Shown here: positions 60,512 to 64,000 of the stretch, piece after piece
Layout: the number at the start of each line of letters is the position of its first letter
Numbering within the stretch: the stretch's first letter is position 1
Source: Rebecca billardiae RCC1528
Taxonomy: Eukaryota; Protista; Haptophyta
Length of the DNA: 64,000 bases
Direction: 5' to 3'
Assembly: GCA_965240325.2 (NCBI GenBank)
Contig: OZ251247.1
Coordinates: 930,001-994,000 of the forward strand
The notes under the pieces: generated by a model
What the model saw: the letters and a program-made list of their open reading frames with translations, nothing else
What the model was told of the DNA's origin: nothing
The model's database searches: none
Translations under genes and position numbers: made by a program

Positions 60512-60652
60512 GTTCAGACTCTATTTTTACTATGTATTTACCCATTTCAGACTCTGGTCAGAACACGGTCCGGGAGCGATCCGGATGCACCCGTAGCTAT
60601 TGGAAATATGTCACCGGACTGGGTAAATAGCTATGAAAAATAGAGTCTGAAG
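60512..60652. mobile_element. Small MITE-like hairpin element
   Basis: 32-bp imperfect inverted repeats TTCAGACTCTATTTTT......TATTTACCCA (60513-60544 and 60620-60651), with TA just outside on both sides. Confidence 0.6.
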
Positions 60653-60824
60653 TAGTCACAAACTGAGTTTCACACCCTGGGCACTTATTGGCCATCCATA
60701 GTAACCCTACTTGGAGCCCTGTGGGACACTTCGGGCGTTCATTCGGCCGCAGGAATGCGAAGATCATTTTCGGTACGCCCGGTTTCTATGACCGGACTGG
60801 CAGGGGTCAACCGGAGCCAGAGCC

Positions 60825-61957
60825 TGCTGCGGAACTGGAACAAAACAAAGTCACCCGGGCAGAAAAGCCCGGGCCAGTCGGGCAGAAAAGCCAGGGGCAG
60901 CCGCGAAGGGGCCGCCCCCCGCCGAGCATACGCATGCTGCGGAACTGGGACAAAACAAAGTTACCCGGGCAGAAAAGCCCGGGCCAGTCGGGCAGAAAAG
61001 CCCGGGGCAGCCGCGAAGGGGCCGCCCCCCGCCGAGCATACGCATGCTGCGGAACTGGAACAAAACAAAGTTACCCGGGCAGAAAAGCCCGGGCCAGTCG
61101 GGCAGAAAAGCCCGGGGCAGCCGCGAAGGGGCCGCCCCCCGCCGAGCATACGCATGCTGCGGAACTGGAACAAAACAAAGTCACCCGGGCAGAAAAGCCC
61201 GGGCCAGTCGGGCAGAAAAGCCCGGGGCAGCCGCGAAGGGGCCGCCCCCCGCCGAGCATACGCATGCTGCGGAACTGGAACAAAACAAAGTTACCCGGGC
61301 AGAAAAGCCCGGGCCAGTCGGGCAGAAAAGCCCGGGGCAGCCGCGAAGGGGCCGCCCCCCGCCGAGCATACGCATGCTGCGGAACTGGAACAAAACAAAG
61401 TTACCCGGGCAGAAAAGCCCGGGCCAGTCGGGCAGAAAAGCCCGGGGCAGCCGCGAAGGGGCCGCCCCCCGCCGAGCATATATGCATGCTGCGGAACTGG
61501 AACAAAACAAAGTCACCCGGGCAGAAAAGCCCGGGCCAGTCGGGCAGAAAAGCCCGGGGCAGCTGCGAAGGGGCCGCCCCCCGCCGAGCATACGCATGCT
61601 GCGGAACTGGAACAAAACAAAGTCACCCGGGCAGAAAAGCCCGGGCCAGTCGGGCAGAAAAGCCCGGGGCAGCCGCGAAGGGGCCGCCCCCCGCCGAGCA
61701 TACGCATGCTGCGGAACTGGAACAAAACAAAGTCACCCGGGCAGAAAAGCCCGGGCCAGTCGGGCAGAAAAGCCCGGGGCAGCCGCGAAGGGGCCGCCCC
61801 CCGCCGAGCATATATGCATGCTGCGGAACTGGAACAAAACAAAGTCACCCGGGCAGAAAAGCCCGGGCCAGTGGGGCAGAAAAGCCCGGGGCAGCCGCGA
61901 AGGGGCCGCCCCCCGCCGAGCATACGCATGCTGCGGAACTGGAACAAAACAAAGTCG
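60825..61957 (+). repeat. 110-bp satellite, array 2 (~10 units, two of them 112-bp variants)
   Basis: Same unit as array 1. Confidence 0.95.
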
Positions 61958-62004
61958 CCAAAACCAAGTGCCAGTCAGGCAGAGAACGTCGCTGACTGAG
62001 CAGT

Positions 62005-64000
62005 GTCGAGGCAGGAGCGCTGCGGCAGCGAGCGCGCCGGCGGGGCGGCCGCAGGCCGTTGTTGAGCTGCGCGAGCGCGCGCTCGCCCTGCTGCGGGCGA
62101 GCGGCAGCGAGCGGCGGTGCGAATGGAGCGTGCGGCGAGCACGGCCACGCCGAGTGCGAGCGGCACCGCCACCGCGCGCCGAGGAGGCAGCAGCGGGCGG
62201 CGAGCTGTCGAGGCCGGAGCGCGGCGGCGGCGAGCGCGGCGGCGGCGCTGCAGCAGGCTGTGTCGAGCTGCGCGAGCGTGCGCTCACCCTGCTGCGGGCG
62301 AGCGGCAGCAAAAGCGAGCGGCGGCGCGAATGGAGCGTGCGGCGAGCACGGCCACGCCGAGTGCACGCGGCACCACCACCGCGTGCTGTGGCGGCAGCAG
62401 GCGCAGCGGGCAGCGAGCCGTCGAAACAGGAGCGCGGCAGCAGCGAGCGCGGCGGCAGTGTGGCAGCAGGCTGTTGTTGGGCTGCGCGAGTGCGCGCTCG
62501 CCCTGCTGCGGGCGAGCGGCAGCGAGCGGCGGCGCGAATGGAGTGTGCGGCGAGCACGGCCACGCCGAGTGCAAGCGGCACCACCACCGCGTGCTGTGGC
62601 GGCAGCAGGCGCAGCGGGCAGCGAGCCGTCGAGGCAGGAGCGCGGCAGCAGCGAGCGCGGCGGCAGTGTGGCAGCAGGCTGTGTCGAGCTGCGCGAGCGT
62701 GCGCTCACCCTGCTGCGGCCGAGCGGCAGCAAAAGCGAGCGGCGGCGCGAATGGAGCGTGCGGCGAGCACGGCCACGCCGAGTGCAAGCGGCACCACCAC
62801 CGCGTGCTGTGGCGGCAGCAGGCGCAGCGGGCAGCGAGCCGTCGAGGCAGGAGCGCGGCAGCAGCGAGCGCGGCGGCAGTGTGGCAGCAGGCTGTTGTTG
62901 GGCTGCGCGAGTGCGCGCTCGCCCTGCTGCGGGCGAGCGGCAGCGAGCGGCGGCGCGAATGGAGCGTGCGGCGAGCACGGCCACGCCGAGTGCAAGCGGC
63001 ACCACCACCGCGTGCTGTGGCGGCAGCAGGCGCAGCGGGCAGCGAGCCGTCGAGGCAGGAGCGCGGCAGCAGCGAGCGCGGCGGCAGTGTGGCAGCAGGC
63101 TGTTGTTGGGCTGCGCGAGTGCGCGCTCGCCCTGCTGCGGGCGAGCGGCAGCGAGCGGCGGCGCGAATGGAGCGTGCGGCGAGCACGGCCACGCCGAGTG
63201 CAAGCGGCACCACCACCGCGTGCTGTGGCGGCAGCAGGCGCAGCGGGCAGCGAGCCGTCGAGGCAGGAGCGCGGCAGCAGCGAGCGCGGCGGCAGTGTGG
63301 CAGCAGGCTGTGTCGAGCTGCGCGAGCGTGCGCTCACCCTGCTGAGGCCGAGCGGCAGCAAAAGCGAGCGGCGGCGCGAATGGAGCGTGCGGCGAGCACG
63401 GCCACGCCGAGTGCAAGCGGCACCACCACCGCGTGCTGTGGCGGCAGCAGGCGCAGCGGGCAGCGAGCCGTCGAGGCAGGAGCGCTGCAGCAGCGAGCGC
63501 GGCGGCAGTGTGGCAGCAGGCTGTTGTTGGGCTGCGCGAGTGCGCGCTCGCCCTGCTGCTGGCGAGCGGCAGCGAGCGGCGGGGCGAATGGAGCGTGCGG
63601 CGAGCACGGCCACGCCGAGTGCAAGCGGCACCACCACCGCGTGCTGTGGCGGCAGCAGGCGCAGCGGGCAGCGAGCCGTCGAGGCAGGAGCGCGGCAGCA
63701 GCGAGCGCGGCGGCAGTGTGGCAGCAGGCTGTTGTTGGGCTGCGCGAGTGCGCGCTCGCCCTGCTGCGGGCGAGCGGCAGCGAGCGGCGGGGCGAATGGA
63801 GCGTGCGGCGAGCACGGCCACGCCGAGTGCAAGCGGCACCACCACCGCGTGCTGTGGCGGCAGCAGGCGCAGCGGGCAGCGAGCCGTCGAGGCAGGAGCG
63901 CGGCAGCAGCGAGCGCGGCGGCAGTGTGGCAGCAGGCTGTTGTTGGGCTGCGCGAGTGCGCGCTCGCCCTGCTGCGGGCGAGCGGCAGCAAAAGCGAGCG
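62005..64000 (+). repeat. 208/213-bp satellite running off the end of the window
   Basis: The GAATGGAG anchor occurs at 62121, 62328, 62536, 62749, 62957, 63165, 63378, 63586 and 63794. Confidence 0.95.

Noticed and set aside
59697-61957. CRISPR array
   Set aside because: The units are wholly repeated with no unique spacers, there are no cas genes, and the context is eukaryotic.
59426-63991. Repeat-protein ORFs in the satellites
   Set aside because: The main unit lengths (110, 112 and 208) are not multiples of 3, so the frames rotate.

Overview
This is very GC-rich eukaryotic nuclear DNA with spliceosomal introns of the type GTGCGC/GTACGT/GCGAGC...CTCAC...CGCAG. The style resembles a haptophyte alga such as Pavlovales (inference). 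Most long ORFs in the supplied track are artefacts of the GC content. The main discovery is a tandemly duplicated gene (6155-9290 and 15967-20877) that fuses an XK/Xkr scramblase-like multipass membrane domain to an array of 84-nt, phase-2/phase-2 exons. Each exon encodes exactly one 28-aa RI-type leucine-rich repeat, and the exons are separated by near-identical ~354-nt introns. The two paralogues carry 3 and 7 cassettes. Amino-acid variation is almost confined to the x positions of LxxLxLxxNxI, and that strand is split by the intron. This looks like a diversifying, immune-receptor-like system. The window also holds a large multi-domain glycan-modifying gene (sulfotransferase-like plus three glycosyltransferase-like domains) and a truncated copy of it. 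Other genes are a scrambled methyltransferase, a membrane-protein pseudogene, an IolG-like dehydrogenase, an FkbM-like methyltransferase, a secreted Pro-rich surface protein and two F-box-like/RCC1 genes. Mobile DNA includes nested TAGGGGG-TIR (hAT-like) elements, an intron-containing deleted pogo element and several MITE-like elements. The window ends in a repeat zone: (TA)n, 144-bp direct repeats, a 110-bp satellite and a 208/213-bp satellite. All calls were made by eye, without database searches.
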